This document shows positions 13,121-26,912 of a stretch of DNA of 64,000 bases, piece after piece. The stretch is from Camelus dromedarius (lineage: Eukaryota). Both the position numbers and the translations under genes were made by a program. Location: NCBI RefSeq assembly GCF_036321535.1, contig NC_087437.1, forward strand, positions 74,402,001 through 74,466,000, given 5' to 3'. The notes under the pieces are model-generated. The model did no database searches. It was not told the DNA's origin and was given only the letters and a program-made list of their open reading frames with translations. The first letter of the stretch is position 1. Each line of letters begins with the position of its first letter.

Positions 13121-14369
13121 AATAAATACACGGTTGTCTTCATCTCACCACTAAGGAATGAAGAGAGAAGATTTGTACAATTACAATGACTCCTTGGGGT
13201 ACAATCAGCAAATTCTTCCAGCTGCCCTCCTCTTACTTCCAAGTTAGAGAATTGTTTGCCATCCTCCCCATCTCTACAGGGATTTGTTTTGATACTAATG
13301 TCCAGCTGTCCATAGCCTTTCACATGTAACATCTACTCTTCCCATGCACCTCCAGACCAACACCCATAAAGTTTTACTCTGATCATGTCACTTCATTTCT
13401 CTATAACCTCCTGTGATTCCCAAATGCCCACAGAAAATGTTCAAATTCTAAGCTAGAGCACTGAAGGTCCTCCATTCTCAATATACACAAGTGGATGGAA
13501 TAAAAATAGAAAATCTATAATTAAGATGATTATCAAATTATAAACCACAGTGCAATATTCTATGCCTAAACAGATTGTGAAGCTGTTATACAAACATATA
13601 GCTAGTCAGTAGCAGATGTCTTTGACTCGTTCTCTGTTAGAACTGCTAGATTGTCTCTAAAATATTATGAGCGTTACGCTCTTTTACAAGTAGAGGGGTT
13701 ACGCTGGGCTGCACAGCAAGATGGTATGAATAAAGCAGTGACCTGCAGAGTCTCAGGTAGACAGAATAATAGCAATAATAACAGCAACTATTCAATGATG
13801 CCTATGTCAGCGCAATTTCCCTAGAAAGACTAAGTCAAAAGCTCATTGCTAACATCTTATTAGGAAGAGCAATGCCAGAGAAGCAGGGGTAAAGGAAAAA
13901 AAGGTATAAAACAAAGGAAAGAACATATAACAGACTATATTACTGAACAGGTCACAGCTTATAGGCTGGTCCACTGATGTCTCAAGCTCGCTGGATAGCA
14001 GCTTTAGAGAGGCATGTAAGACTTCTGTGTTTCCAAACAGTCCACAGAAAAGGTATAAGAAGAACTTCTTTGCTGATTCCTTGCTGGTTCCTGTCCCCTG
14101 AATAGTCAATGTTCACACCATGGGAAATAAACTTCCCACATCCTGGTGGTGTCACCTGCCCCTTCAGCAAATGCAGCTGAGGAAGCCAGATCCTATGACC
14201 ATCACGTTGGTGCTCTGAGGCAGGAGGTGGTGAGAGAAGCCGTTTGAATCCGTTACTTGTTTGAAGTAACGGATCCCACAGGCTTCATGGAATTGGTCAC
14301 TGAAACAATGGTGTTTTACCAGAACAGGTGGCTAAGTGAGGTCCATGCTGAGTCAGTCACAGAATCCCT

Positions 14370-14830
14370 TCTGCGTCTGTTCAGAACTAAGTGGATTATT
14401 CTGTGCTAATGCTCATGAAAGATAAAGATAAAGCAGGAAGAAGCATGTTGAGTAGGAAAACCCTTCAAGCCGCTCAGCAGATCTGTGGAAGGAAAGAGGG
14501 AAGGGAAGCGGGACTGGGCCAGGTGAGCCTCGGGCTATGACGCAGGCCTAATAAAGCCTAAGCCAACTCCATAGGATGCTCTGGAGCAAAAACTCCCAGG
14601 AGAGGAGTCTCACATTAGGTGGAAATGGCCAGACTCGAGTACCCCTACCACACTCAGTGATGTGTTGAAAGTTACCTGGGAGAATGGTGACCTTGGCCAA
14701 ATGCCATGGCACATCCCAAAGGTGCCAAAGTTGATTGCTTTTAGCTAAGTACACGTCCCACAGCTTAAAAATAAGTTCTTTCTTGAAGAGATACAAGCAG
14801 GCCATCTCTGTGACTCCCACCCACACCCAC
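14370..14830 (-). mobile_element. ERVL LTR (LTR16 family-like)
   Basis: tgtggaaggaaagagggaagggaagcgggactgggc...agccaactccataggatgctctggagc...tgaccttggc is the reverse of the LTR16-type pattern; similar to the copy at 62483. Confidence 0.6.
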
Positions 14831-16109
14831 AGAGACTTGGCCTCGAGAGCGGCTGACTGAATGAAGAGAATTTGGTGAGACTGATCCCTTATTTGTAAAA
14901 TTCAATGCATGATTTTCTTCTTTGAACTTTCTGATTTGGATACAGTTGACCAATCTCTTTTAGTTAATCCTGACTGGTACCCAGTAAGTATACTACTTCA
15001 CAGCGGCAACCTTGGTAGGAAAAAAAAAAAAGTAGCCAAAATTATTTAGAGACAGTTTCAAAATAATATCCAGATATATGCATAGATCTCTAGAGCTAAA
15101 CGACCAAAAGTTTTCATTCTCTTTGGACCAGTTCAGCAACAAAGAGCAGGTGATGGAAACGTGTTCCAAGATGGGCAATGGTGACGAATACAGCAGGACT
15201 GACTGATGGAGAAAGAAAAAAACCATCTAATTTGTACAGAAACTATTCTTTGCAGTTACTGAGAAGGACCAAGTAAGTCGGGAAATACTTGGGACATAAA
15301 ACATTAAGGGAGGAAACACAATTTTTCAAAATGCAAGAGATGTTAAGTCCATGCAATAGAACAGTTTTTAAAATAAATATATACGCTTTTGCTGGATGGC
15401 AAGAAAAAAACTTCCTGACCTAGAAGAAGCTTGTGAAATTATATTAAAAGTAGACTAGAAAGAAACCCAGGTTATAGTAAACAATTCTGCACCATCCCAC
15501 AGGGGAATCAGCTTATTGGATTTTTTCCCGTTTCTTGTTTATCTCTTTCTGCATCTATACCACAGCTTTCCAGAGACTTTATTAGAGACTTGGCAGCTCT
15601 GGGCACAAATGGCTAACTAATGATTTCCCTGTGGAAGGATCAAATCTCCTTGGAGAGAAGGCTAAACTGGAATTTTTCAGGCAACTACCATATTCTCTGC
15701 TCATGTGTCAGCGGGTCTGCTGGAGACAAGTACAGAAAGTCCCCACCTGAAGTACTGGCTCTGTTCTAAAAGCTGTAGAGTGAAAACCCATAAATCCAGT
15801 TCCCCGTGGAAAGATTTAACCATTAACAATAATTAACTATCATTAGAGAAGTACTGCCTGGATCAAGCTTGTTTAACCCCTTACTGTATCAGAAGTGTGG
15901 GGACAGAACTTAACTAGTCCAGCTTCCTAGTCACCTGTATCTTTCCTAAGCATTTGCTTCTAAGGGGAAACACATTACAAGCCAGCAGGACATCAGAAGG
16001 ATAACGCAGTCTTGCTACAGCGATGAAAGTGGACACTCTCTCAATTCTTACAGCAGCAGTAGGACAAGCAGTGGAACAAGAAGGGGTAACCTGTACTACT
16101 GTTAACACT

Positions 16110-16275
16110 GAGGGCTGGCTTCACGGGCATACAACCCACAGAGTCACGCAGGTCCCCACACAGGGAACCCTGGCTTTGGTTTAAGGCTCTGCTATCGCCA
16201 TCTTGAAATTTTTAATAGTTTTTGAACAAGAGGCTAGCATTTTTACTTTAGAGTCCACAAATCACAGCCAGTCAC
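16110..16275 (+). mobile_element. MER91A-like hAT-Tip100 DNA transposon (MITE)
   Basis: agggctggcttcacgggc...ttggtttaaggctctgctatcgccatcttgaaatttttaatagtttttgaacaag... Confidence 0.8.
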
Positions 16276-16294
16276 ACTAATGCCACCTTAAAAT

Positions 16295-16510
16295 TAACAA
16301 GGTGCTTTCCCATTATTACCTCACTTTGCTCTCACAAATGCCTGTGAAGTACGTAAAGGGTTTCACAGTCTCTGCTTTACCGCTGTGTAAATTGAAGCTC
16401 CAAGAAGACAAGGTATTTGCCTCACAAAGTTAAACACGTGGTAAAGCTAAGACCTAAACCATGCCCTCAGATTTCAAGGTGACAGCTCTTTCCATTAGCC
16501 AACACTGCCT
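16295..16510 (-). mobile_element. MIR SINE
   Basis: ctcacaaatgcctgtgaagt...aaattgaagctc...gtggtaaagctaagacctaaacc...gctctttccatt...cactgcctc. Confidence 0.7.
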
Positions 16511-17444
16511 CCAGATATCCTCACCTGTGGTTCACTGGTAGAACAATAAAAATAAGGGGCTGGGCAGGTAAGAATAGCTTCTTCTCAGTAGTTCCACATC
16601 ACTGATATTATTTCATCTAAAATTCTCTGTAAGCGACAAGATCTTGCTCCTTTTGACAAGATCAAGTTCTTTCTTTTTCAATTTCTTAACAGACTTGAAA
16701 ATTTTGCTATTTAGTCATCATCTAAATCCCACTGACCTTCACGTGTAAATATCTTCTCCCTAACTGGCAGGGTTATATCTGGGTTTCCTGTGCTTGTTTG
16801 ACCTTTGTCAGTACGTAGAAATGATCTATGATCTCACTAGCAGAGCGTGTGGGACGTCTGGGAAACTTTTTCTTAGCTTTACACAGTAAGAAGGGGAGTT
16901 CTAATTAGGAATCCCCTGAGGCATAGCTGAAAGATGTTGAATAGCATGTGATAAAGTACATCCATGCCTGTTAGAAAATGTCTAGGGGCATCGGATGAGG
17001 AAAAGGAGGAGTGATGATAGGCTATCAGGTTATGAGGATTACAGAAATCCCCTGAAGATACGCAACGTGGCAGAAATGACCAAGACTTCCTCACTTTGCA
17101 CAATAGATCTGAAGATAGGAAATTTCTCAAGACTTCCACTTGTAAGAATAAAAGCAGTTTCAAAGCCTCTGATGACAAGAAGGTTATTTTTCTCTCTAAG
17201 GTGCATAAGATATAAAGGATCATATTTAATTCACCAAGGTCTTTGGTCTTGGGGGAAGGTAATAGCAGTCTCAATGATGAATGTGACTAAATGTCAAGGT
17301 TGGAAGACAAATGAGATATTTACTATACGATAAAAACGGAAACACCATTATAAAATGATACATCAATGCTACCCCTCAGTTTCAGAAAAGCACAGAGAGC
17401 AAAAATAACATAATAGCTTAATAATACAGTTCAGACATATTCAA

Positions 17445-17695
17445 CACCATGTAGTACATAGTATAAAGGAATCAGCAAGAGTTCTTGAACCATGGAGACC
17501 TATGATACATTCTCAGTTTATTTATTTCACAGTTCTGTGAGCTTGGACAATTTATTTAACCTCAACGCACTGTCCTGACTTCGTAAGAAAACAGGACATA
17601 ATAACATCCACATAAGTTTGGGGGGAACAAGAAGCCTTACCTCACAACGCTTGACACAGAGCATGTGCTCAAAAGAGGTAGCTGTTATTACTAGT
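17445..17695 (+). mobile_element. MIR SINE
   Basis: ctgtgagcttggacaatttatttaacctc...cttgacacagagcatgtgctcaaaagaggtagctgttatt. Confidence 0.7.
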
Positions 17696-18774
17696 TGTTC
17701 CCCTCCCATCAAGTCGACTTGGCCTGCCTGGGAGACCTTCTTTTCTATCCTGAAATGATCCTTTGCCCAGTAGCACAGAATCCATAGTTGCTACTGGCCA
17801 AAGAGACAGGCAGTTTCTCCCTTTTTGGGTACAAGAATCTTAAAATTAGAGTGGAAGGGAATGTAGTCCTCCTCTTATGTTTGCTCAAGTTCTGGCACTC
17901 CCACACAAAAAATATATTTAAAATTATTCTGCTGCATCCTCCTTTTCATCCATCACTGCTCTCAGCCCAGCACTCGTATGGCCAGATTCCAGGACCAACT
18001 TTATTCTCACAGGATCTGTTATTGGAGGCACCACTGTGCATTACAAGAGGGGAAGCATTTTAGTACTTTGATTACATGCTGCTTTCAACACAGAGTCATT
18101 TTGTGTAAGCTGCAATTAAACATTTACAATTCATTTAAGAGCAGTAAAAGAGACATGGTTTTAAAACATAATTGTGATATTGGCTTCGCAGAACCTTTCT
18201 TTATATCTAAATATCTGCATTCATGTAGTGTTGATATAGGAGTAGAAAGTACCTATGGAAGAAGAAAATACTCTATAATTCTATAAAGAGACACTGAAAT
18301 TTTTGCTATTGCCAAGTTATAAACAATACTTAAAACATTTTCATATGGTCTAAGGATTTTATAAGTTTTTCATATTTTGAATTGTGACAAAAATTTTGAT
18401 TTGTATGTGCAAATGGTAACAATCAGCATCTTATTTTTTTAAAAGAACTATCACCTTCTGACTAGAAACTAAGGAAATCTGTACAGCAATAGCTTGAGTC
18501 ACTTTGTGGTTAATTAACTTTAACTCTTGATCGTAACAATCTAAAAATCTACCTTTCCAGGATAAAATCTAATAATTTTAGCAAGTTTTGCTACATCTGT
18601 CTGCAGACAAAGTTACCATACTTATGATTTGTGATCCTTGCTTCCACACTTGGTTCTTAACGACCTACAAAAAAGATTCTCAAATGTTTTCAATATAGGG
18701 AAGAAAGCCAACATAGTAAGACATAAAGAAAGACATCACAGAATAGTTAAAAGGCATGAGTTCAGTATCTTACT

Positions 18775-19120
18775 TCCTATAGGCTAAATGTTTATGTCCC
18801 CTCTAAATTCATATGTGGAAATCCTAACGCACAGTGTGATGGTATTAGGGGGTGAGGCCTTTGTAAGGTGACTAAGTCATGAGCAGATAGTCCTCATGAA
18901 TGGTATTAGTGCCCTTTCAAGATGGACAAGAGAGATCCCTCTCCCCTTCCACCCGTGAGGACACAGCTAGAAGTCCGCCCCCTAGAACACGGTCCGGAGT
19001 CGACCGCAGCTTCTCAGACTCCTAGCTTCCAGAACCGTGAAAAAGAAATTCCTATTGCTTACAGCAGTAAGCCACTCAGTCAGCAGTATTTTGTTACAGC
19101 AGCTTGAACAGACTAAGACA
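18775..19120 (+). mobile_element. MLT1A/MLT1A0 MaLR solo LTR, near full length
   Basis: aatgtttatgtcccc...aaattcatatgtggaaatcctaac...gtgaggacacagctagaag...tattttgttacagcagcttgaacagactaagaca; flanked by a near-perfect 5-bp TSD (ttact 18770-18774 / ttgct 19121-19125). Confidence 0.9.
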
Positions 19121-22100
19121 TTGCTCTTGAGTTTACCAGCGTTTGACCTCCAACTAGTCATTTCAACTCCCTGAGCCACTTTTTCTTCATTTGAATCTTA
19201 AAATATGGCCACGGTAAACTATGAGCTCTCTACCACTTACAGACTCCTGCGACCCAGTTTCCAGGCACATTATGATAATGTAAAAAAATAGGTCCACCCA
19301 CTGCCTCTGCTTCTTGCCTTGTCTGGCTTGCCATGTTGTGAGGCAAAAAACATTCTGTCAGAATGAATGAAAGAAAACCACTAAAGAGACAAATGAGAGA
19401 AGCAGTGTGACTGAGTCTGTTTGCCTAACTTTGCATTAGTGAACTGTCAGTCCATTACCCAGATCATAATGGCCTTAAAAGCTATCTAGACCAAACGCCT
19501 GAGTTAATATACGAAAACTGGGACAGGAAACAACTGACCAAGGTTCACTGCTTGCTGAAGTTGTGGCAAAGCCAGGACTGAGACGCAGGTCTCCTGACTC
19601 CAGTCTATTGATTGTTGTAACTGATCTGTAAATGTGTCGGGGTTCTTACTGTTAATATGACAATAGGTGAGGCTTAGAGAAATCCTGTGGAGTGAGATTT
19701 AAAGCCATGTTGCTCATCTTTTTGTACACTTCCCAGTAATTTCTGTTCTAGCAGTCTGCAGAAGTGGGGAAGAAAGGGAAAGGCATGAATGAAGAGAGGA
19801 CCCCGTGGGTCTCTCCAGCACTGAGGTAGTTAGTCCCAGATGCCAGCAGTTTCTTGTGGCCTCCACAGATGCTATCAACCACCTTCTTAATTCAGTTTTC
19901 AGTAATAATCACACCAAGTATCAATTAACATGGCTAGAAAAAAGCAAAAAACAAACAAACCAACAAACAAAAACCTGGTCTTTAAAAAGCAACCTCACAG
20001 AGACTGTCAGTTTTTACCCATCATAGTTTAGGCATGGCTCCATTTCCTCTCTCTCTCTCTCTCTAATTTCCAATATATTGCTTCTGAAATATGTATCTGA
20101 CCTCTCAGCACTTGATTCATCTTTTGTAACTGGCCCTGCACTACTCAGCTCCCACCTAACACGTCTCAGTGACTGGAGTGCAGTGGTGATGGTTGAGCAG
20201 CCAGGCACAGGCGGGCGCTGATGGGCAGTACGGCTGGTTGAGCTTCACCATCACAAATGACCAGCAAAAACCCTAAGGCAACCGGTCTGTTAGCCTGAGA
20301 AAAGCCAGAACTAAATCAGAGCATAATCACCATATGGCCCCAAAATAAGTGCCTCCCTAGTCCTTCAGGGGCTGAGATATGTGAAGGAAAATTTAGCTTT
20401 CAAGAGATCTAAAGGTGCAAGAAAATGTTTTCAGAAATAGCATCTAAAAGACCACAGTCCCTTTGGACACTGGCATTTGGTTTCACTTAGAATCTTGTAC
20501 GACTCGTTTCATTGGTGGCTGCTTCTTCTCCGGGTTACTTTATGTAAATTATAATCTCAATGACTGATGGATATATCTGACTTAAATGTATCTACCACAT
20601 GTTACAGAAATTAATAGCTCCTCGCCAAAATCTGTTTTTCTCTTCTTCCTGGTCTCAATTTGAGTGTGGCACCTCTTTTCTATGAGAATCTGACATAGAT
20701 GCTGAAAAGAGGACATCAGTAGCCCACTGATTTTGGCAGAGAAACAAAGAAACCAACTAACGTGGGAAGTTAAAGGGAAAGACATTTCCCCTTTTTCTCA
20801 GGTGCACTGCAGTCCCCCCAGTCAAAGGAGTCAGGCTTTGAGAAGAGGCAGGGAGGATGTCTGGCCCAAAGACAAACACCCACCTCCGCATCCTCCTGGA
20901 GAGGGGTGGGGTAGGGGCAGAGGACAGGGGAGGGGGACAGAGAGAGAGAAAGAATGAAAATAAAGAGGTCAGAAGAGACCCATGTACAAATAACGGTAAG
21001 TACGAACTTCTAAGACAGCAAAGAAATAAAGACTGCTAAATAATAAATAGTGTTTGAAGGATGAACCAATATACAAAGAATGTGTGAGGAATGAAAATTG
21101 AAGGGGAAGTTTCAAGCAGTACTAGGAAAACAAACTGACTAAGGTGACTTTGCAATTACTGTTTCACAGATGTAATCGCAGATTGTTTAAGTGTGTTTCT
21201 TAGTTTACTTGCAGGCATAAGGAACCCAGGGGCAGAAGTAGCCTTAGATTTTCACTTGACTCTCTTAAGTCACATTAGCACTAAGGCTGTGGCCTTTTAC
21301 GTTTAATTCTCCTTAAAAAATATTAGTGACTGAAAACCATAAACAAGGCAGCCTTATTTCCTGTGAAGGAATGAAAAAGTTACAAAAGGACTTTCTGAAC
21401 AGAGAAGAAAAAAGCCAGCCTTTTGTGTTTAAAAGCCCACATGACACCATGTCATTCAACTAACCTTAAAGATGTGTCTGTAAATGGGACTTTATAATTA
21501 TGTACTATAAGGTACAAATTTAGGCTTCATTTCTGATAACAGGTATAACTCAGGAACAAGTGGTAAATTCTAATATAGAATTAGCTCTCTAGCTAATATC
21601 TATAACCCAAGGTAATTTAATAATAATAAAAGAAGATCGTACTTTGGTTAAATATATACATAAATGCAACATGAAGTATATTGTAATAATACATTTAAGG
21701 CATGTAATAATAATGAAGGTAGGACAATTTAGAGCCCTCCCTTCCTCATCCTCAGGTATTAATTAATTTATTAGGTTAATCATTTTCTTTTAAGAGCTTA
21801 CAAACCTCATCAACTAGCAGGCAAACTGGAATTCTACTGTGAAGTATATTCATCTTCAAAATTATTTAACATTTGAAAGCAAGCACTTTGTAAAATTTAG
21901 CAGGTGTGATCGCTTGTTGACTATTACATGAACCATAACCATATCATATTGCTGACTAGGACGTGCTGGCATCAGTGGAGGTGGAGGTGTCTGGGACCAT
22001 CTCAGAGCACTTTTGGGCAACACCCAAAGATGGCTCTAGTTCACTTTATCAGTGAAAAATAACCATTCTGGTACTTTTCAGCACAAATGGTGGCAGGCTC

Positions 22101-24084
22101 GGGTTGAGTTACCACATCGGAAATCAACATGTGCACCTCTGTGCCTATGAACACGCACATGTACTCACACGTTTAGGAAAATTTTTCTTTAAAATGGCAA
22201 TAAGGGTATCACATTCATAAATCTTTGTTTTCTTCAGAAGAGCTATATCCTAATTCCTAAACCAGCATTAAGACGCCCCAACAGCCTGCCTCATACCCTT
22301 TTCAATTTCATTTCCAGATATTAATCTCCATTCTGCCCCTGCTCATCTACTTAGCTTTGTATTGGCCTTTTCGTTCTCCACACTTTTCTTGACATTGTTC
22401 TCATTTCTTTTCTCCTAACCAAATCCTATCCATTATTTACGGTTCAGTTTAAATTCTACCTCTTTTATAAAATGATCCTAAAATATTTTAGCCAATATTC
22501 ATCCCCCCCACCGTTCCCATCTGGCACTGTGTCTGTCTTACTAATTTTAGAATTAATTATTCACTACCATATGAGAGATCTATTAATATTAAAGCTAGCC
22601 TCTTAAGAGTTTTATTGTTTTACTATACCCGTAATTACTAGAGCTTTCCTGAGTGACTGTGTATGTGTGTTTGTTCTGACAGAAAATTCAAACAAAATAT
22701 AATAAGGAAAGTAAAGTGATGAAATGGGACTTCTTAATCATGTAAAGATCCATATTTCTTTCTTTTTAATTTTTGGTAACACATCATTCCTTACACTTTG
22801 TTTTCCCAGCTCTGTGAATGACACAGATGTACTTTTTTTTTTAACCTTTTAAAAAATTCCTTGTAACATTTAGCACAGCAATTAATACTTATCGGGCAAT
22901 CAACATTAATTTAGCAGCTATGCAGAATCAGACTAGTGATTAACACATGCAAGCCGGGAGTCAGAGCTGATATCAGGAAAAAAATGAAAAACCAAAACAG
23001 TAACAATAATGAAAACTTAGGTTGTTTTAGGCTGTAATGCCTTTCTTGTCTTAAACTCACAAAGACCCAGAAAAATCTCTTCTTTCAATAGTCAAACCAA
23101 TACAAGTCAAGTCAGTTTTGTAAGCACACTTCCCAAAAAAAGGAAAAGTAGTTAACAAATACCAAAATTGAAGTAGCTGAAAAGTTCACCATGTCCCCAT
23201 GTCTTCAAATGTCTTACAAGTATTCCCTGTGGTTAGTCTCTAGGGAGCTCCCTCAGACTTTCCCCTCAGGTCTGCTTTCCTGCCTTTGAGGGGCAGCCTT
23301 GGTGGTCTGGTCACTTCTTTGCTGGCATCACCCCTCGCCTGTGTTCTCTCTATTCAAAGATAATCTTTGGATACTCCCATGTAAGTGACACTGGAAGGAG
23401 AAGAAGAACATGCCTGATCAATGACTACAGTTTCCCTGGAAATCCTCCAGCTCAGGCTGTAAAGCTTCCTTCTTAATGTGTGTCCTCTGTTTGGAGAGCT
23501 ATTGCCTTTGAATAAAAATTCTCGCTTGGAATGAGGTCATTCTGTTTCTTCCCTGTTATTTCCTTATAGTTCAAATTAAGCCTGTGCTGCAAGCACTCTA
23601 TCCTGGCATCTTTTCTTTCTCTAAGCTTTGGGCATTTGTCTCTCAAGCTACTGCTAAGTCCTGGCACCCCCTGCCACACACACACTGAAAGGGATGGGGA
23701 GCTGGCAACCTCCTCCTCAATTTCTCTTACTAAACTCCATGTGACAGCAGCCCAATGTGCCTAAGCTAGGAGAAACACTTTCTTCAGCAACTTCTACACT
23801 AAGAGCTTTAAACTGTTCCACAACAGCATAGGAATGTGCACTCAAAATGGACATCTAGAAAGAAAAGCAGGGCAGAAAGATGTGTTGACTCAGGGTGGCC
23901 ACAGAAAATATAGCTGGATTAAGATGAAGCCAAATCACAGGCATGGGGGAAATGAAAATATTATCGCTGGCAAGACGGCACTAGGAAGGTGTTCTGTTAT
24001 TGTTTATTAAAATAATAGCATTATTGACTATAAAAGGTGCAGTACTTGGAAGATAAATCCTTGCTATTCATGTGATAAATGTAT

Positions 24085-24260
24085 AAATGATAGCTATTCG
24101 GTATTTCATAATACTCAAAGCTCTTTCAAATATATTACTTGTGGGTTCCTCACAACAACTTACATCATCACCATGCAACAGAAGAAAAGATGGAGGTTAA
24201 AATGAACGATTGACCTGTCCAAGATCTCAGAGTAAGGGGAACTGGAGGGTCTTAATCTAT
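24085..24260 (-). mobile_element. MIR SINE fragment
   Basis: ctttcaaatatattac...cctcacaacaac...ggaggttaaaatgaac...gacctgtccaagatctcagagtaag. Confidence 0.6.
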
Positions 24261-24661
24261 TTTCTCTCACTTTCTCTGCCTTCGCGATAACTAGACTTCT
24301 GCATCATTCCCAAAAATTACACTCCTCTTTTTGGCCCAGTTTTGATATCTAAGCTTCAACCCCTATTCTAGTACCTAGTCGTTACCTTAAAATCTGCATG
24401 GATTCCAGACTCTAGGATCCACAGTTGCCCTCAAGGATGGAGACTCTACCCCCAGATCACGGCCTCTGTGGCTCAGCCTCCCACTCAAGGCAGACATCCC
24501 TGATTCACTCTGTCTACAACTTTCTGGAAGCCACTCCAAAGCCTCAGGACATGGTGATATTCATAAACTTCCCGTCCCCTTCCTCCATATGCTTTGCATC
24601 GCCCAGTACTAACTGCTTGCCTCCTCTGGAGTGTGTTGTCTCAGAACCCACGCACTACCGT

Positions 24662-24662
<1 letters not shown>

Positions 24663-24692
<30 letters not shown>
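24663..24692. repeat. (GT)15 microsatellite
   Basis: Perfect dinucleotide run. Confidence 0.95.
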
Positions 24693-24695
<3 letters not shown>

Positions 24696-25544
24696 GTGAA
24701 ATCAGACAGACTCGAGTACCTGCAGAGAAGTGTACCCCTCCTCCTGCCCCAAATAGGAACTGCGCTCCAGTTACTGTTCTTCTGATGCTGACTGAGACAC
24801 GCCCAGTCTCGTCTGAAAATACGGCAATGGTGACATTAAAGGCTTTCCTCTTAAAGTTCCAGCTCTGAGGCAAGGTCCACTTCAAGTCACTTCATAGCAA
24901 TAAAAACGTAAATCATAGGAGACTTTGTCAGTGGCAAAGATGGTCACCCCATAGTGCAATTCCTTATAATTTTGAAAAACTCTTTTTATAACATTATTTC
25001 TGAGTAAATTTAGAATTTGCCTGAGAATAATGTGATAGGGGCTGCTGGATCCTACAAATATCAGTGAACAACCTTTAATAAGACATAAAAATTCTCAATA
25101 TGTGTTGGTACTGGTTTCCCATAAGAACAGATATTTCACAAGAAAAAGGGCAAAGCCGCCATCTAATCTTTAGATTAGAAGCAGGCACTAGGAGTGTTCC
25201 GGCAACTGCACAAAGAGATATCAAAGCTAGCACTTTGTCTTTTGATGAAGTATTGCCCTTTTCCCCAAGTAATATCTAATTATTAATGCTTTTCCTAAGA
25301 ATAGTAACACCCGTGCCCACGTGCTCATTGTCAGGGACCTGGAGCACAGAGCAGACACTGGCTAATAATTATAAGGGCTTCTCTTTTCTGTGAATAAGAA
25401 AAAAGGTTATTAGCAGGGATATTGTTATTAGGATGCCATTTCCAGATGTGCTAAATAAAACCAGCTCTCACCCAAAAGCCACCTTTTCTAATGAACTGAC
25501 ATTAGCAGACATGAGCAATGGGGTGGATAAAAAAAGACAGAGAA

Positions 25545-25760
25545 TCTCAAAACTGAAACCTGAATCTAATCCCACCACTTACATCGTTATTGGTACGAAC
25601 TTGGCTCAAAAACATCTCCAAGCCTCAGTTTCCTCATCTTTAAAGTATACCCCTCAGTGCTTCTTAATTTATGTTTATAAGGATCAAATGAGTAAAAATA
25701 TATATAACACTTTGAACAATATAAAGCCATATACAAACATAAGTGATTATTATTCGTATA
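25545..25760 (+). mobile_element. MIR SINE
   Basis: ccaccacttac...aagcctcagtttcctcatctttaaa...aaggatcaaatgag. Confidence 0.7.
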
Positions 25761-26559
25761 TTGACACTTTGAGATAGAGTTTGCAAAGGGCAACTAGACA
25801 GGGCACTGCTGGCCGGGAATAATATACCTATACTCTTCCCAGAGGTCACAAGTGGGCGGAGACTGATGATGCTTCAGATAACTTCCTGTCCAAAATAACA
25901 CATCACAGCAGGAATCTTCATATAGTTAAGATGGTCCACATGGTTAAAGAAATATTTGAGCCCCACAAAGAATGTCTGTTAGCAACAAAAAGCTTGAAAT
26001 TTGTTGCAATAAAATTTAAATATGAATGAAATCCACATGCTTCTATTATTACCTCTTACCAAATAAATATACTTATTAGACTAGCGGCCAGAAATCTATA
26101 CTTTTTCTGGCCATAGAGAAATTCTAACCTTTTACTTTTCTGTTCCTCTCATGTGAAGCCATAAAGAAACACAGTGAGCATCATTTCAAGTGAAGGCATA
26201 TATGTAGTGCATAGATTTCTATGCAAAGACATTCAGACTATCTAATGAAGCAAAGTCTGGCTGAGTTCCTCCCTCATCATCACAGACACCTCAATACAGT
26301 CACAGTTGCTCAGATTTGTACCTTTTATCCCCAAAGTTATGAACAGTTCCAGCTATCCCCTTAACTCAAGACTCAAGTCTGCCAATAAGAAAATAAACGG
26401 TGGGGATTCGATTCCTTACTCCGCACCTGCTCTATGCCGGGTAGAATGCCAGTCACTGAGAAGAGAGAGGGGGACCATACAGTCAAGTCCCTGACCTCAG
26501 GCAATCTCCTAGTCAATCATCCCCCATCAGTGCCACCACCATGTGTGCAGTAAGGGAGG

Positions 26560-26631
26560 AAGAATAAATTAATGTACTAAAGACAAACCAAACATACGTG
26601 CATTTAAAATTCCTTTGGTTGAAAAGATCAG
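26560..26631. repeat. Inverted copy of 28313-28385
   Basis: 34-bp perfect block gtgcatttaaaattcctttggttgaaaagatcag plus a 17-bp perfect block aagaataaattaatgta match the reverse complement of 28313-28385. Confidence 0.95.
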
Positions 26632-26783
26632 CAACAGGAAAAGAAATAGTATCATGGCCTGCAGTCTGCTTTCTGTTCACTTACATTTTCCCTTGGGAGG
26701 ATTTTTAGGTTGAGAATGGTCCTGTAACATGGAATATCGTATATGTAACACAGGAACCCCACAGGTCATGGCTATGACTATGG

Positions 26784-26912
26784 AACTAGCTCTCACCCAA
26801 AAGTCTCCTTTTACATTGAACTGATATTAGCACAAGTGAGCAATGGTATGGGTGATGGGGAATCGGAAAACTAAAATCTGAACCTAATTTCATTGCTTAC
26901 ATGATTGTTATG
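26784..26912. repeat. Diverged direct copy of 25459-25590
   Basis: Collinear shared blocks: agctctcacccaaaag, tgaactga, attagca, tgagcaatgg, aaaact.aaa.ctgaa.ctaat, cttacat. Confidence 0.9.

Noticed and set aside
24425..24885. 147-aa ORF with CVCVCV / THTHTH
   Set aside because: Reads through a (GT)n microsatellite
25982..26112. Short inverted repeats (gcaacaaa/tttgttgc; ggccagaaa/tttctggcc)
   Set aside because: Stems of 8-9 bp are expected by chance in 64 kb
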